From the NCBI GenBank assembly GCA_040220235.1, contig JAVJTO010000056.1: a DNA stretch of 21,413 nt; one strand, 5' to 3'. Made by a program: the position numbers and the translations under genes. Below are positions 1-8,512 of the stretch, piece by piece. How positions within the stretch are numbered: the stretch's first letter is position 1; the number at the start of each line of letters is the position of its first letter. Source of the DNA: Coleofasciculus sp. B1-GNL1-01 (GTDB taxonomy: Bacteria > Cyanobacteriota > Cyanobacteriia > Cyanobacteriales > Coleofasciculaceae). The notes under the pieces were generated by a model. The model was not told where the DNA came from. It searched no databases and saw nothing but the letters and a program-made list of their open reading frames with translations.

Positions 1-199
1 TTGCTGGTCATTATGGGAACCTTGAGTGATTGTTTAGGTTATCGTGCCCTGGAAGATTTTTGCCGTCGGCATCATGACGCCTTAGTCACAAGTCTACAAT
101 TGCCTCCAACTCGTTTTCCCTCTGACTCCACTTTTCGGCGGATGATGATGGGAATAGATTTTGCCGATTTAGCCAAAATTTTCAATAGTCGGGTATATA
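1..199 (+). pseudogene. ISAs1-family transposase, N-terminal fragment (starts before the window; interrupted by IS630)
   Basis: Translation LVIMGTLSDCLGYRALEDFCRRHHDALVTSLQLPPTRFPSDSTFRR is nearly identical to the 17547-18104 ORF. Similarity stops abruptly at GGGTATATA (199), where the IS630 end begins. Confidence 0.9.
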
Positions 200-1058
200 C
201 AGCATTTCTCAGTCTAGTGAGGTACAGTAGCAACAATGAGTAAACCATCCTTTGATGTCATCTAAAGAAACTTTGCTAAATGCTTTTTCTATCGCTTTGG
301 CTAAGTCCGGATATGTCCTGGCTTCCATAGCTCGCAGTATCGATTTAATTTTTGAGAAGCAATTTTCAATCGGGGAAAAATCTGGAGAATAGGGAGGTAA
401 ATAAATCAGTGTTGCTCCTGCCTCCTGAATTAATGATTCAATCCTTTTTCCCAGATGGATAGAGCAGTTGTCAAGAATGACACAGGCTCCAGACCAAAGA
501 TACGGCACTAATTTACGAGCGATAAAGGCTTCAAAAGTGAGACCATCAATAGCACCTAGAAGACTTACTTGAGTGACAACACCTTGTAATCAAGGGAGCG
601 CTAATGATAGAAACATTTTTCCCCCTTGTCTGAGGTCTCTTACCGTGGGCTCGCTGACCTTTAGGCGAACGAGCCGACAAGCGAGTTAAAGCCAGATTGA
701 CCCCTGATTCATCAATAAAGACCAGGTTCTCGGCTATAAAGCCTTGAACCAGTTGCCAAAACTCTACCCGCTTGTTCTGGGTGCGTTCAGTTTCTTTCTC
801 ATCGGCGTGGAACGTTTTTTTTTAACAGTGATATTTAATTTTTTGAGCATTCTATCGACGGTCGTGCGACTGAGGTGAACTCCGATTTCTCTTTCCAAGA
901 GGGTTTGGAGTTCCTCCAAGGTGGCATCATTCCGCTGTTGCACCAATCGTCGAAGCACCGCTAGCTGCTCGGTACTCAGTAAAGTTGGTGTTTGTTGGGT
1001 TCGCTTTTTAGGAGCAAGGGAACCCGTTTCACGGTACTGCTTCAAGAGTTTTTCGATT
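200..1058 (-). mobile_element. IS630-family element remnant (transposase pseudogene, 5'-truncated)
   Basis: orfA 764-1045 is HTH-like (DATLEELQ...SRTTVDRMLKKL). An A9 run (815-823) leads by -1 shift into FIDESG, and ILDNCSIH and YLPPYSPDFSPIE (DDE motifs) follow in 209-508. There is an extra frameshift near 590-600. The end CAGCATTTCTC follows a TA at 198-199. The other end and the transposase start are missing. Confidence 0.88.
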
Positions 1059-1108
1059 CTGCTTTGTTCCTCTTAACACTGAATCAGGGAATCTAGAACC
1101 CTGAGTCT

Positions 1109-1217
1109 ATGGATTTCCCTGTAACGATAGGGGGGCGAGTCGAGACAATTAATGGATTTCCTCTGAAGATAATGCAGCGACTCGCCCCTACAAGGTTGTT
1201 ACAAGGTTACAGGATTA
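1109..1217. repeat. Dispersed REP-like repeat (GGGCGAGTCG...CGACTCGCCCCTAC plus TTACAGG heptamers)
   Basis: Closely similar blocks occur at about 14510-14590 and 15950-16100. Internal inverted repeat ends in CTAC (reverse complement of GTAG). Confidence 0.75.
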
Positions 1218-1291
1218 TCGGATTAAGTAGTCGGACAAAAGAAAACGGCACTGTACTAAGTTTTGTAAACAAGCCTCAAACCCTTACATAA

Positions 1292-1316
1292 ACGAATGAC
1301 GAATGACAAATGACGA
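1292..1316. repeat. Short STRR-type heptamer tract (GAATGAC/AAATGAC)
   Basis: About 3 units; reverse complement of the array at 4764-4861. Confidence 0.7.
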
Positions 1317-1350
1317 GAACGAGGCGGGCAAAAATTGTGCATTTTAGGTC

Positions 1351-1401
1351 TTGACAGAGAACCTGGGACTGATTTATATATATTTTATACAAATTTATAC
1401 A
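1351..1401 (+). promoter_or_regulatory. Putative promoter/operator region of the HTH-exporter operon
   Basis: Perfect TTGACA at 1351-1356, then an AT-rich tract with three TTTATA(C/T)A direct repeats at 1373, 1384 and 1394. The -10 box is not at ideal spacing. Confidence 0.35.
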
Positions 1402-1423
1402 ATGTGAGAATTCAGGGTTCGCA

Positions 1424-2041
1424 ATGTCAAACCACCAATTCCCACCCAACCTGGGTAAACACCGCACTCTGCGTAAATCGGGCGGTGAATACCTCACTTC
1501 CTTTCAGCGCAAACGACTGCAAAAAAGTCTGCAAGAGGATTTACCAAAACACTATCGCCAGCGCCTGCAAATCATGCTGTTAGCCGACGAGGGGAAAACC
1601 CAAGCCCAAATTTGTCAGGCGTTGAACTGTTCCCCCATCACCGCCCGACATTGGATGCTGATAGCCCGTAGTGGCGAGGCGCATAATTGGCAATCCCATC
1701 CCATTGGACGTCCTAAAGCGGTGAATGACGAGTATCTGCAACGCTTACAAGAATTAGTCACTCAGAGTCCCCGCGACATTGGCTATTCCTTTCGCAACTG
1801 GACCGCCCAGAAATTAAGCCAACACCTGGCTAGAGAATTTGGCATTGAAGTTAGCGATCGCCATATTAATCGATTGTTGAAACAAATGGGACTCTCGACT
1901 CGCCCCAAACCCCCTCAACCCGACACTCCCACCCATCCAGAGGAGGATTCAGACAAGCGGATTGTGATTAGCAACCTCACCCCCAGCCATACTCCTGAAA
2001 CCCAGGATGTCTGGCAATTCAATCCGATTAAAATGAGTTGA
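1424..2041 (+). CDS. Helix-turn-helix protein resembling the IS630 transposase N-terminal DNA-binding region, no DDE domain; putative cluster regulator
   Basis: RLQIMLLADEGKTQAQICQALNCSPITARHW, GRPK and WTAQKLSQHLAREFGIEVSDRHINRLLKQMGLS are typical IS630-type HTH segments. The protein ends in a Pro-rich tail, and its stop is 13 bp before the ABC transporter start. Confidence 0.8.
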   Translation: MSNHQFPPNLGKHRTLRKSGGEYLTSFQRKRLQKSLQEDLPKHYRQRLQIMLLADEGKTQAQICQALNCSPITARHWMLIARSGEAHNWQSHPIGRPKAVNDEYLQRLQELVTQSPRDIGYSFRNWTAQKLSQHLAREFGIEVSDRHINRLLKQMGLSTRPKPPQPDTPTHPEEDSDKRIVISNLTPSHTPETQDVWQFNPIKMS

Positions 2042-2054
2042 GGTCAAACCCATT

Positions 2055-4763
2055 ATGGTACAAACTCCCCCCCGAATTTCCCGTCAACACCTTAGTGATT
2101 GTCTCGGACATGATTTTAGCGAGTCGCAATTCACTAATTGTCTAAAACAGATTAAAATCCTTGAACCTAAACTTGGTCAATTTTGGCAATCGGATCAATC
2201 TGAAGCCGGAATCTACCTGACTATCACGGGCAAAGTTAGACTCATTGACGCCAACGGTGAACTGATTACCACGCTGAAACCCGGAGACACCTTTGGCGAA
2301 GTTACCTTTTTTCCCGATGAACCCTTTCAACCTTACTCCGCTAGGGCATCCCGTCATCTCCAATTATCTTACATTCCCCCAGCCCTCCTCTTTTCCCTCG
2401 TCCAAAACCATCCTTATATTCGTGACCATCTTTATCATCGGGCAAAGGTGAGGAATTCCCAGTTTAGTTCCGGGGATAATTTAGCTGTCCCCCCAGTAAT
2501 TCCAGAAGAGGAGAACACCCCCGAAGAATTAAAAAACGGACAACAAACCATCAGCAAAGCCGACTTTCCCAATCCCACCCAAAAAGTCGGTCATCTCTGG
2601 CAGCGGATCACGCGCCGCTATCCCTTTTATGCCCAACAAAGTGCCTCAGATTGTGGGGCGGCTTGTTTGGTGATGGTGGGTCGGTATTGGGGGAAGAAAT
2701 TAAGTGTCAATCGCCTCAGAGATATCGCCAATGTTGACCGCAATGGGGCATCTTTACGGGGACTATCCGCCGCCGCTGAAAGTATTGGCTTTTCCACGCG
2801 CCCGGTAAAAGCCAGTTTAGACCAACTCGCCCAACAACCGCTTCCGGCAATTGTCCACTGGGACGGAAACCATTATATCGTTGTCTATGAAATTACGGCA
2901 ACTCAGGTGATTGTCGCCGACCCAGCCATTGGTCAACGCAGTCTTACTCCTGAGGAATTTAACACCAGTTGGACTAATTATTCCCTCCTCTTACAACCCA
3001 CAGCCTTATTACAGGAAACCGAGGAGGCGACGACTCCCTTCTGGCAGTTCTTTGAGTTAGTTAAACCTCACGGATTTGTCCTCCTAGAAGTCTTTATTGC
3101 TTCCCTGCTGATTCAAATATTTGGATTAATTACGCCCCTATTCACCCAACTCCTATTAGACCGCGTGGTTGTCCAAGGAAGCAACCTCACCTTAACGGCT
3201 GTTGGTTTAGGGATGCTAATTTTTGGTCTGTTCCGTGTCGCTATGACCGGATTGCGGCAATATTTATTAGACCATACCGCGAATAAGGTGAACTTAGCCC
3301 TAATTGTCGGCTTTATTCGCCATACCTTCCGCCTCCCCCTTTCCTTCTTCGAGTCCCGTTATGTGGGGGATATTATGTCACGGGTGCAAGAAAACCAGAA
3401 GATTCAGCGTTTTCTCACCGGGGAAGCTTTGTCCATTTTACTCGACTTACTCACGGTCTTTGTTTACGTGGGGTTAATGTTTTGGTATAGCTGGAAAATG
3501 GCGCTATTGGCATTAGTGATTGTCCCGCCCTTTATCCTACTTGCCCTAATTGCCACCCCATTCCTGCGCCGCATTTCCAGAGAAATATTTAACGCCTTTG
3601 CGGTAGAAAATAGTTATCTAATTGAATCCCTCACTGGGGTTCGCACCGTCAAATCCATGGCGGTAGAACAAACCGTGCGTTGGCGCTGGGAAGAACATCT
3701 ACTGCAATCGGTGAAAAAGATGTTTTCTGGGCAGATTATTAGCAACCGCCTGCAAATTTTTAGCTCAACTTTAGAAACCGTGGTGACGACAGGATTACTC
3801 TGGTTTGGCGCTTGGTTAGTGATTCAAAACGAACTAACGATTGGACAATTAGTGGCATTTAATATGTTAATCGGCAACGTGATTACGCCCTTTGAACGAT
3901 TAACCGTACTCTGGAATCAGTTACAGGAAGTGATTATTGCGGTTGAGCGGATTAATGATGTCATTGATACCGAACCGGAAGAAAATTTACAGGCGTCAGT
4001 GCGGCAAAGTTTACCAGAGTTAAAGGGAGAGATTCAGTTTGATCAGGTGACGTTCCGCTATCATCCTGAAAGCGATATTAATGTCCTAGAAAACTTGAGT
4101 TTTACCGTCAAACCCGGTCAAACCGTCGCCCTAGTTGGACGCAGTGGTTCCGGGAAAACCACGATATCCAAGTTAATTTTAGGACTGTATCCGGCGACGG
4201 ATGGCAAGGTATTAATTGATGGGCAAGATATCACCAGTTTATCCCTCCAATCCCTGCGCCAACAAATCGGCGTTGTAGACCAAGACACCTTCCTCTTTGG
4301 TAGCACCATCCGGGAAAATATTAGCATTGGTCATCCCTCAGCCACCCTGGACGAAATCATCACCGCCGCCCAACAAGCCGGGGCGGATGAGTTCATAAAA
4401 AAGCTACCCATGGGGTATGAAACCCAGATAGGGGAAGGGGGCGGAATGTTATCCGGAGGACAGAGACAACGACTCGCGATCGCGCGGGCGTTATTAGGTA
4501 ATCCTCGCTTACTTATTTTAGATGAAGCCACGTCTCATTTAGATGCTGAATCGGAACGAATTATTCAGACTAACTTCAACACAATTCTCCAAGGACGAAC
4601 CACGTTAATTATTGCCCACCGCCTGTCTACAGTTCGCAAAGCGGATTTAATTTTAGTGTTGGATAAAGGGGTTTTAGTCGAAAGTGGCACCCATCAGCAA
4701 TTAATGGCAAAACGCGGTCATTATTATTACCTGAATCAGCAACAAATGGATCGGACAGAATAA
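2055..4763 (+). CDS. Peptidase-containing ABC transporter (N-terminal cNMP-binding-like domain, C39 peptidase, TMD, NBD); double-glycine peptide exporter
   Basis: C39 motifs QQSASDCGAACL, HWDGNHYIVVY and VADP; Walker A GRSGSGKTT; signature LSGGQRQR; Walker B LILDEATS; H-loop IAHRLST; N-terminal GKVRL...LKPGDTFGE is cNMP-like. Confidence 0.96.
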   Translation: MVQTPPRISRQHLSDCLGHDFSESQFTNCLKQIKILEPKLGQFWQSDQSEAGIYLTITGKVRLIDANGELITTLKPGDTFGEVTFFPDEPFQPYSARASRHLQLSYIPPALLFSLVQNHPYIRDHLYHRAKVRNSQFSSGDNLAVPPVIPEEENTPEELKNGQQTISKADFPNPTQKVGHLWQRITRRYPFYAQQSASDCGAACLVMVGRYWGKKLSVNRLRDIANVDRNGASLRGLSAAAESIGFSTRPVKASLDQLAQQPLPAIVHWDGNHYIVVYEITATQVIVADPAIGQRSLTPEEFNTSWTNYSLLLQPTALLQETEEATTPFWQFFELVKPHGFVLLEVFIASLLIQIFGLITPLFTQLLLDRVVVQGSNLTLTAVGLGMLIFGLFRVAMTGLRQYLLDHTANKVNLALIVGFIRHTFRLPLSFFESRYVGDIMSRVQENQKIQRFLTGEALSILLDLLTVFVYVGLMFWYSWKMALLALVIVPPFILLALIATPFLRRISREIFNAFAVENSYLIESLTGVRTVKSMAVEQTVRWRWEEHLLQSVKKMFSGQIISNRLQIFSSTLETVVTTGLLWFGAWLVIQNELTIGQLVAFNMLIGNVITPFERLTVLWNQLQEVIIAVERINDVIDTEPEENLQASVRQSLPELKGEIQFDQVTFRYHPESDINVLENLSFTVKPGQTVALVGRSGSGKTTISKLILGLYPATDGKVLIDGQDITSLSLQSLRQQIGVVDQDTFLFGSTIRENISIGHPSATLDEIITAAQQAGADEFIKKLPMGYETQIGEGGGMLSGGQRQRLAIARALLGNPRLLILDEATSHLDAESERIIQTNFNTILQGRTTLIIAHRLSTVRKADLILVLDKGVLVESGTHQQLMAKRGHYYYLNQQQMDRTE

Positions 4764-4861
4764 TTGTTATTTGTCATTCGTCATTCGTCATTCGTCATTC
4801 GTCATTTGTCATTCGTCATTTGTCATTCGTCATTTGTCATTCGTCATTCGTCATTCATCAG
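4764..4861. repeat. STRR-type heptamer tandem array T(T/C)GTCAT
   Basis: 12 perfect 7-bp units at 4771-4854 plus one degenerate unit on each side; intergenic between the exporter and hlyD. Confidence 0.95.
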
Positions 4862-4887
4862 ACACTTCAAAAGCCCATCTCTACATC

Positions 4888-6399
4888 ATGAACTCCAATC
4901 AAACTCCCACCCCTCTGCGAACCTCTGCGCCAACCTCTGCGAACCTCTGCGTTTCCCAAAAAAATCCGCCCTCTGACTGGTCTTATGCTACAAAAGAACT
5001 GCTAGATACCTTACCCCAAGTTTGGACAAGAGGACTGTTATATTTCTTAATTTTGTTTGCCGCGATCGCACTTCCTTGGGCAATGTTAACTGAAGTCGAA
5101 GAAACCGGAAGTGCTAGAGGGCGATTAGAACCCAAAGAACCCACTGTGAAACTGGAATCCTCTGTCGGTGGTACGATTATTAACCTCCCCGTTGCAGAAG
5201 GAAACCGCGTCAAAACTGGACAAACCTTACTCACCCTCGAATCCGACATCGTGCGGTCAGAAATTGAGCAACTTCGCAGTCAATTAGACGGTCAAAAAAA
5301 TCGCCTAAATCAGTTAGCCGTCCTCAAAAATCAGTTAGACATAGCCCTCCATACCCAGCAGCGGCAAAACCAATCTCAAGAACTAGAAAAACAGTCTCAA
5401 ATTGAACAAGCCAGACAAAACCTGAACGCCCTAGCGAATACCTACACCCTAGAAAAAGCGGAAAAACTGGCACAAGTCAACCAAGCCAAACAAGCCATCG
5501 CCTCCAGTCAAGCCGCCTACAATCAAGCCCACGTTAACTTAATCGAGGCAAAAGATAAAGTGCAACGATACCGTAACGCCTTTGATGCTGGTGCTATTTC
5601 TACTGACCGCTTTACTGAAACACAAAACCTGGTCAAAGTCAACACAGAACGCTTAGTTCAAGCCGAATCTGACATTTCCCAAGCCCAGTTACGGCTCAAA
5701 GAACAACAAGGCAGTTATGACCGAATTCTCCATCAAACCCAAGCCGAAATTGAGCAGGCAAAACTGCGTCTACAGGAGCAACAAAAAAGCTATGATACCC
5801 TGGTTCATTCCGGTAAACTAGCCGTTCTGAAAATACAGGAACAACTCAAGAACCTAGAAACTCAGATTACCACACTCCAGGCTGAAATCAAGCAAAGCGA
5901 AAGCCAAATTGCCGCCAAAGACATTGAACTCAAGCAGCGAGTCTTCCAAGCACCCGAAAGCGGTACCGTCTTTGGTTTACCCGATAAAGGAGTCGGGGCG
6001 GTGGTACAACCGGGAGAATTAATTGCCGAGATTGCGCCCCAGGGTTCCACCCTAATTCTCAAAGCCCAAATGCCCACGGCTGAAAGTGGGGCGTTACAGG
6101 AAGGAATGGAGGTGAAGCTGAAATTTGATGCCTATCCCTTCCAGGATTATGGTGTGGTAGAGGGCAAACTAATTCGCAAATCGCCTACCTCTAAAGTCAC
6201 CGAAACCGCCCAGGGTCAAGTGACCAATTTTGAGTTAGAAATTGAACTAAATCAGACCTGTATTCCCACCAAAAATCAATGTTTAGACTTGAAACCGGGG
6301 GATACAGCCACGGCTGAAGTAATCGTGCGGCGGCGTAAGATTATTGACTTTATTCTTGACCCATTTAAGAAGTTACAAAAAGGAGGATTAGAACTTTGA
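4888..6399 (+). CDS. HlyD-family membrane fusion/periplasmic adaptor protein
   Basis: ELLDTLPQVWTRGLLYFL then a TM helix, ARGRLEP, a long coiled coil, APESGTV, and KLKFDAYPFQDYG...LKPGDTATAEV. Start moved to ATG 4888 because the ORF-track N-terminus is translated heptamer repeat. Confidence 0.93.
   Translation: MNSNQTPTPLRTSAPTSANLCVSQKNPPSDWSYATKELLDTLPQVWTRGLLYFLILFAAIALPWAMLTEVEETGSARGRLEPKEPTVKLESSVGGTIINLPVAEGNRVKTGQTLLTLESDIVRSEIEQLRSQLDGQKNRLNQLAVLKNQLDIALHTQQRQNQSQELEKQSQIEQARQNLNALANTYTLEKAEKLAQVNQAKQAIASSQAAYNQAHVNLIEAKDKVQRYRNAFDAGAISTDRFTETQNLVKVNTERLVQAESDISQAQLRLKEQQGSYDRILHQTQAEIEQAKLRLQEQQKSYDTLVHSGKLAVLKIQEQLKNLETQITTLQAEIKQSESQIAAKDIELKQRVFQAPESGTVFGLPDKGVGAVVQPGELIAEIAPQGSTLILKAQMPTAESGALQEGMEVKLKFDAYPFQDYGVVEGKLIRKSPTSKVTETAQGQVTNFELEIELNQTCIPTKNQCLDLKPGDTATAEVIVRRRKIIDFILDPFKKLQKGGLEL
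4912..4951. repeat. 4x CCTCTGCG element inside the hlyD 5' end
   Basis: Units at 4912, 4922, 4934 and 4944 (spacing 10/12/10); the same element is reversed at 12579-12618. Confidence 0.8.
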
Positions 6400-6404
6400 C
6401 GCTC

Positions 6405-6544
6405 GTTCGTAGTAGGCACTTTAGTGCCATAAAACCTAAGTTCGTAGTAGGCACTTTAGTGCCATAAAACCCAAGTTCGTAGTAGGCACTTTAGTGCCAT
6501 AAAACCCAAGTTCGTAGTAAGCACTTTAGTGCTATAAAACCTAA
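6405..6544. repeat. Tandem array of four 35-bp units carrying a GTAG-led palindrome (REP-like)
   Basis: GTTCGTAGTAGGCACTTTAGTGCCATAAAACC(T/C)AA x4. The fourth unit has AGCACTTTAGTGCT. No unique spacers. Confidence 0.93.
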
Positions 6545-6562
6545 CCCCCCAGCACCTTGTAT

Positions 6563-6848
6563 ATCCCCCTTCCGTCCCCCTTAAAAAGGGGGAGACCAAA
6601 GGATGCTTCGCTTTTAAGCTGTCATGCATTTAAATTGGGAATGGGTAGCGAGCAAGATACTCAATGTAGCGAGCAAGATGCCCAATTTAGCGAGCAAGAT
6701 GCTCGCACTACGGCAAGGATTTCGCCCTTATTGATATTAAGGTTTAAATGCTGAACAGCTTATCGTACAGGAGAAACACAATGATACTTTGCTTATTGTC
6801 AAACGGCGGAAGAGTAAGCCCCCCTTTTGAAGGGGGGTTTGGGGGGAT
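6563..6848. repeat. Outer inverted pair of CCCCCTT-NN-AAGGGGG palindromic dispersed repeats enclosing a MITE
   Basis: ATCCCCCT...CCCCCTTAAAAAGGGGG at the left and CCCCCCTTTTGAAGGGGGGTTTGGGGGGAT at the right are mutually inverted. Confidence 0.65.
6617..6760. mobile_element. MITE (144 bp) with TA flanks
   Basis: TAAGCTGTCATGCATTTAAA matches the reverse complement of TTTAAATGCTGAACAGCTTA at 17/20. TA at 6615-6616 and 6761-6762. Contains three 21-bp TAGCGAGCAAGAT units (6645-6711). Confidence 0.8.
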
Positions 6849-6935
6849 CTCCGGATGTTCAATACAGGCTTCCAAGTCGTATTAACTCCCCAGCCATTTT
6901 CATTCCAAAAACTCTAATTACTTAGGAGAAAAATC

Positions 6936-7679
6936 ATGTCACAAGCCATCACAATTACCAACCAAGACATCCTGCATCACCTCAAACTCGCTTGTCAGAT
7001 TCCCACAATTATCGAAGGAATCATCACCCGCAAAGTGATTAACTCAGCCGCGACTGAAGCCAGTATCCAAGTTGAAATCACCGAATTACAACAAGCCGCC
7101 GATCAAATGCGATTCATGAATAAACTGCTCAATGCAGATGACACCTGGGCGTGGCTGCAAAAATTTGCCCTTTCTTTGGATGATTTTGAAGAAATGGTTT
7201 ATATCAATGTCCTTTCTGGGAAATTAGCCCAACATTTGTTTGGCGATAAAGTAGAACCCTGGTTTTATGAACATCAGTTAGACTATGCAGCGGCGGTAAT
7301 GTATGAAGTGGTTTTGGATGATGAAGATTTAGCCCTAGAGTTGTTTTATGAACTGCAGGAAGCAGAAACCAATTTTGCGGAGATTGCTCAGGAGTATATT
7401 CAGGAGGAAGAATTACGGCGCAAGGGAGGATATTTAGGATTGGTTAAACGCCAGCAAATGAAACCAGAGATTTCGGCGAAAGTGTTTGCGGCGACGCCAG
7501 GGGAGGTGTTGAAGCCAATTGTCACGTCTAAGGGGGTACATTTGATTAAAGTGGAGGAGATTATTCAGCCAGAGTTGGATGAAAAGCTGCGTTATCAGAT
7601 TCTTTCAGAGTTGTTTGAAGGGTGGCTGAAGCGACAGGTTGAGGAGGTGGAGGTGGTGACGAATATGGGCGAATCCTAG
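6936..7679 (+). CDS. PpiC/parvulin-type peptidyl-prolyl isomerase family protein
   Basis: FAEIAQEY...KGGYLG...VLKPIVTSKGVHLIKVEE rotamase signature; helical N-terminal region; AGGAG RBS upstream; no signal peptide evident. Confidence 0.9.
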   Translation: MSQAITITNQDILHHLKLACQIPTIIEGIITRKVINSAATEASIQVEITELQQAADQMRFMNKLLNADDTWAWLQKFALSLDDFEEMVYINVLSGKLAQHLFGDKVEPWFYEHQLDYAAAVMYEVVLDDEDLALELFYELQEAETNFAEIAQEYIQEEELRRKGGYLGLVKRQQMKPEISAKVFAATPGEVLKPIVTSKGVHLIKVEEIIQPELDEKLRYQILSELFEGWLKRQVEEVEVVTNMGES

Positions 7680-7961
7680 TTAACTTAACCGTTCTGGGCG
7701 GTTGTAGACGCGGAGCGGCTTCCCGAAGGGTAACCGCAGCTACACAAACGAAACCCGCCTGCGCGGGTTTCAAAGCATACAAATCCATAAAATAGACAGG
7801 TTCAAATCTTACCCGGTAGTAGAGAGAATATCAGATAGTAGGTTGGGTTGAGGAACGAAACCCAACGCTATCGTTAGTTAACTTAACCGTTCACTTGAGA
7901 GCCGGGAAATAAATTTCCGGCTCAAAGCTAAAACCTGTTAAAACAGGTTCAAATCTTACCC
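7677..7961. repeat. Mosaic of short dispersed repeats and REP-like hairpins
   Basis: TAGTTAACTTAACCGTTC at 7677 and 7875; ACAGGTTCAAATCTTACCC at 7796 and 7943; hairpins AAACCCGC...GCGGGTTT and GTAGGTTGGGTT...AACCCAAC; the 54-bp block 7900-7953 is repeated at 8446-8499. Confidence 0.8.
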
Positions 7962-8051
7962 GATAGATGATGAGGGTACAATGTCAATAGAGTTTTTTCA
8001 GCGTGATCGAGGTGAAAATCCAAAAGGAATCGTTGCTATTGATTTACGAAG

Positions 8052-8342
8052 GTGGGAACCAACAAACTATCAACGCTTTTAATTAAAGCCAGGATTGCGT
8101 TTAAACTGACACAAAAGGAACTGGCATATTTGTGCGATCGCACGGAAGACCAAATCAAAGCTTATGAAGAGGAAAACTATAACAATGCTACCTTTCTGGA
8201 TTTCCTAGCCGTCATTGATGCTTTAGGGATTCAGTTACAATCAGGTAGGTTTTGCGCCGCATTAGATGAGTTTTACAAAGAGCGTTTGGCTGTCGCTCGA
8301 CAGTCTGATAATTTCGGCGATCAAATTCCTACCTCTTCATAA
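8052..8342 (+). CDS. XRE-family helix-turn-helix protein (possibly a 5'-frameshifted remnant)
   Basis: LIKARIAFKLTQKELAYLCDRTEDQIKAYEEENY is an XRE HTH pattern. The GTG start is weak; an out-of-frame ATG with a GAGGG RBS lies at 7981. Confidence 0.7.
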   Translation: MGTNKLSTLLIKARIAFKLTQKELAYLCDRTEDQIKAYEEENYNNATFLDFLAVIDALGIQLQSGRFCAALDEFYKERLAVARQSDNFGDQIPTSS

Positions 8343-8397
8343 TAATTGCATCTAATCTGATCACCCTCTTTTCCTGACAAAATATCCCACGTTGATA

Positions 8398-8499
8398 GGG
8401 CGCAAGCCTTGCGCCCCTACGGGTTACCACTAATTTAACTGGTATAGCCGGGAAATAAATTCCCGGCTCAAAGCTAAAACCTATTAAAACAGGTTCAAA
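8398..8499. repeat. REP-like palindrome (GGGCGCAAGCCTTGCGCCCCTAC) and second copy of the 54-bp hairpin repeat
   Basis: Hairpin at 8398-8420; 8446-8499 matches 7900-7953 with 2 mismatches and contains AGCCGGGAA-ATAAA-TTCCCGGCT. Confidence 0.8.
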
Positions 8500-8512
8500 C
8501 TTGTCTCACTAC

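Noticed and set aside
1327..1416. Third copy of the GACAAAATT-N19-AATTCATC motif upstream of the HTH gene
   Set aside because: Only partial half-sites (GGCAAAAATT, AATTCAGG) are present, and not at the right spacing.
1109..1583. ORFs 1109-1291, 1276-1497 and 1335-1583
   Set aside because: They span repeats and promoter DNA or overlap the HTH gene, with no recognisable motifs.
4764..4976. 70-aa ORF and the 39-aa N-terminal extension of HlyD (SFVIRHS repeats)
   Set aside because: Translation of the heptamer array; ATG 4888 is the plausible hlyD start.
2142..6077. Antisense ORFs within the exporter and hlyD
   Set aside because: Short opposite-strand shadows of well-supported genes.
6405..6544. 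CRISPR-like array of 35-bp palindromic repeats
   Set aside because: Units are head-to-tail with no unique spacers, and no cas genes are in the window.
6557..6754. 65-aa ORF with SEQDAQ repeats as a possible extra precursor
   Set aside because: It is read through a MITE and its 21-bp repeats, with no GG leader or RBS.
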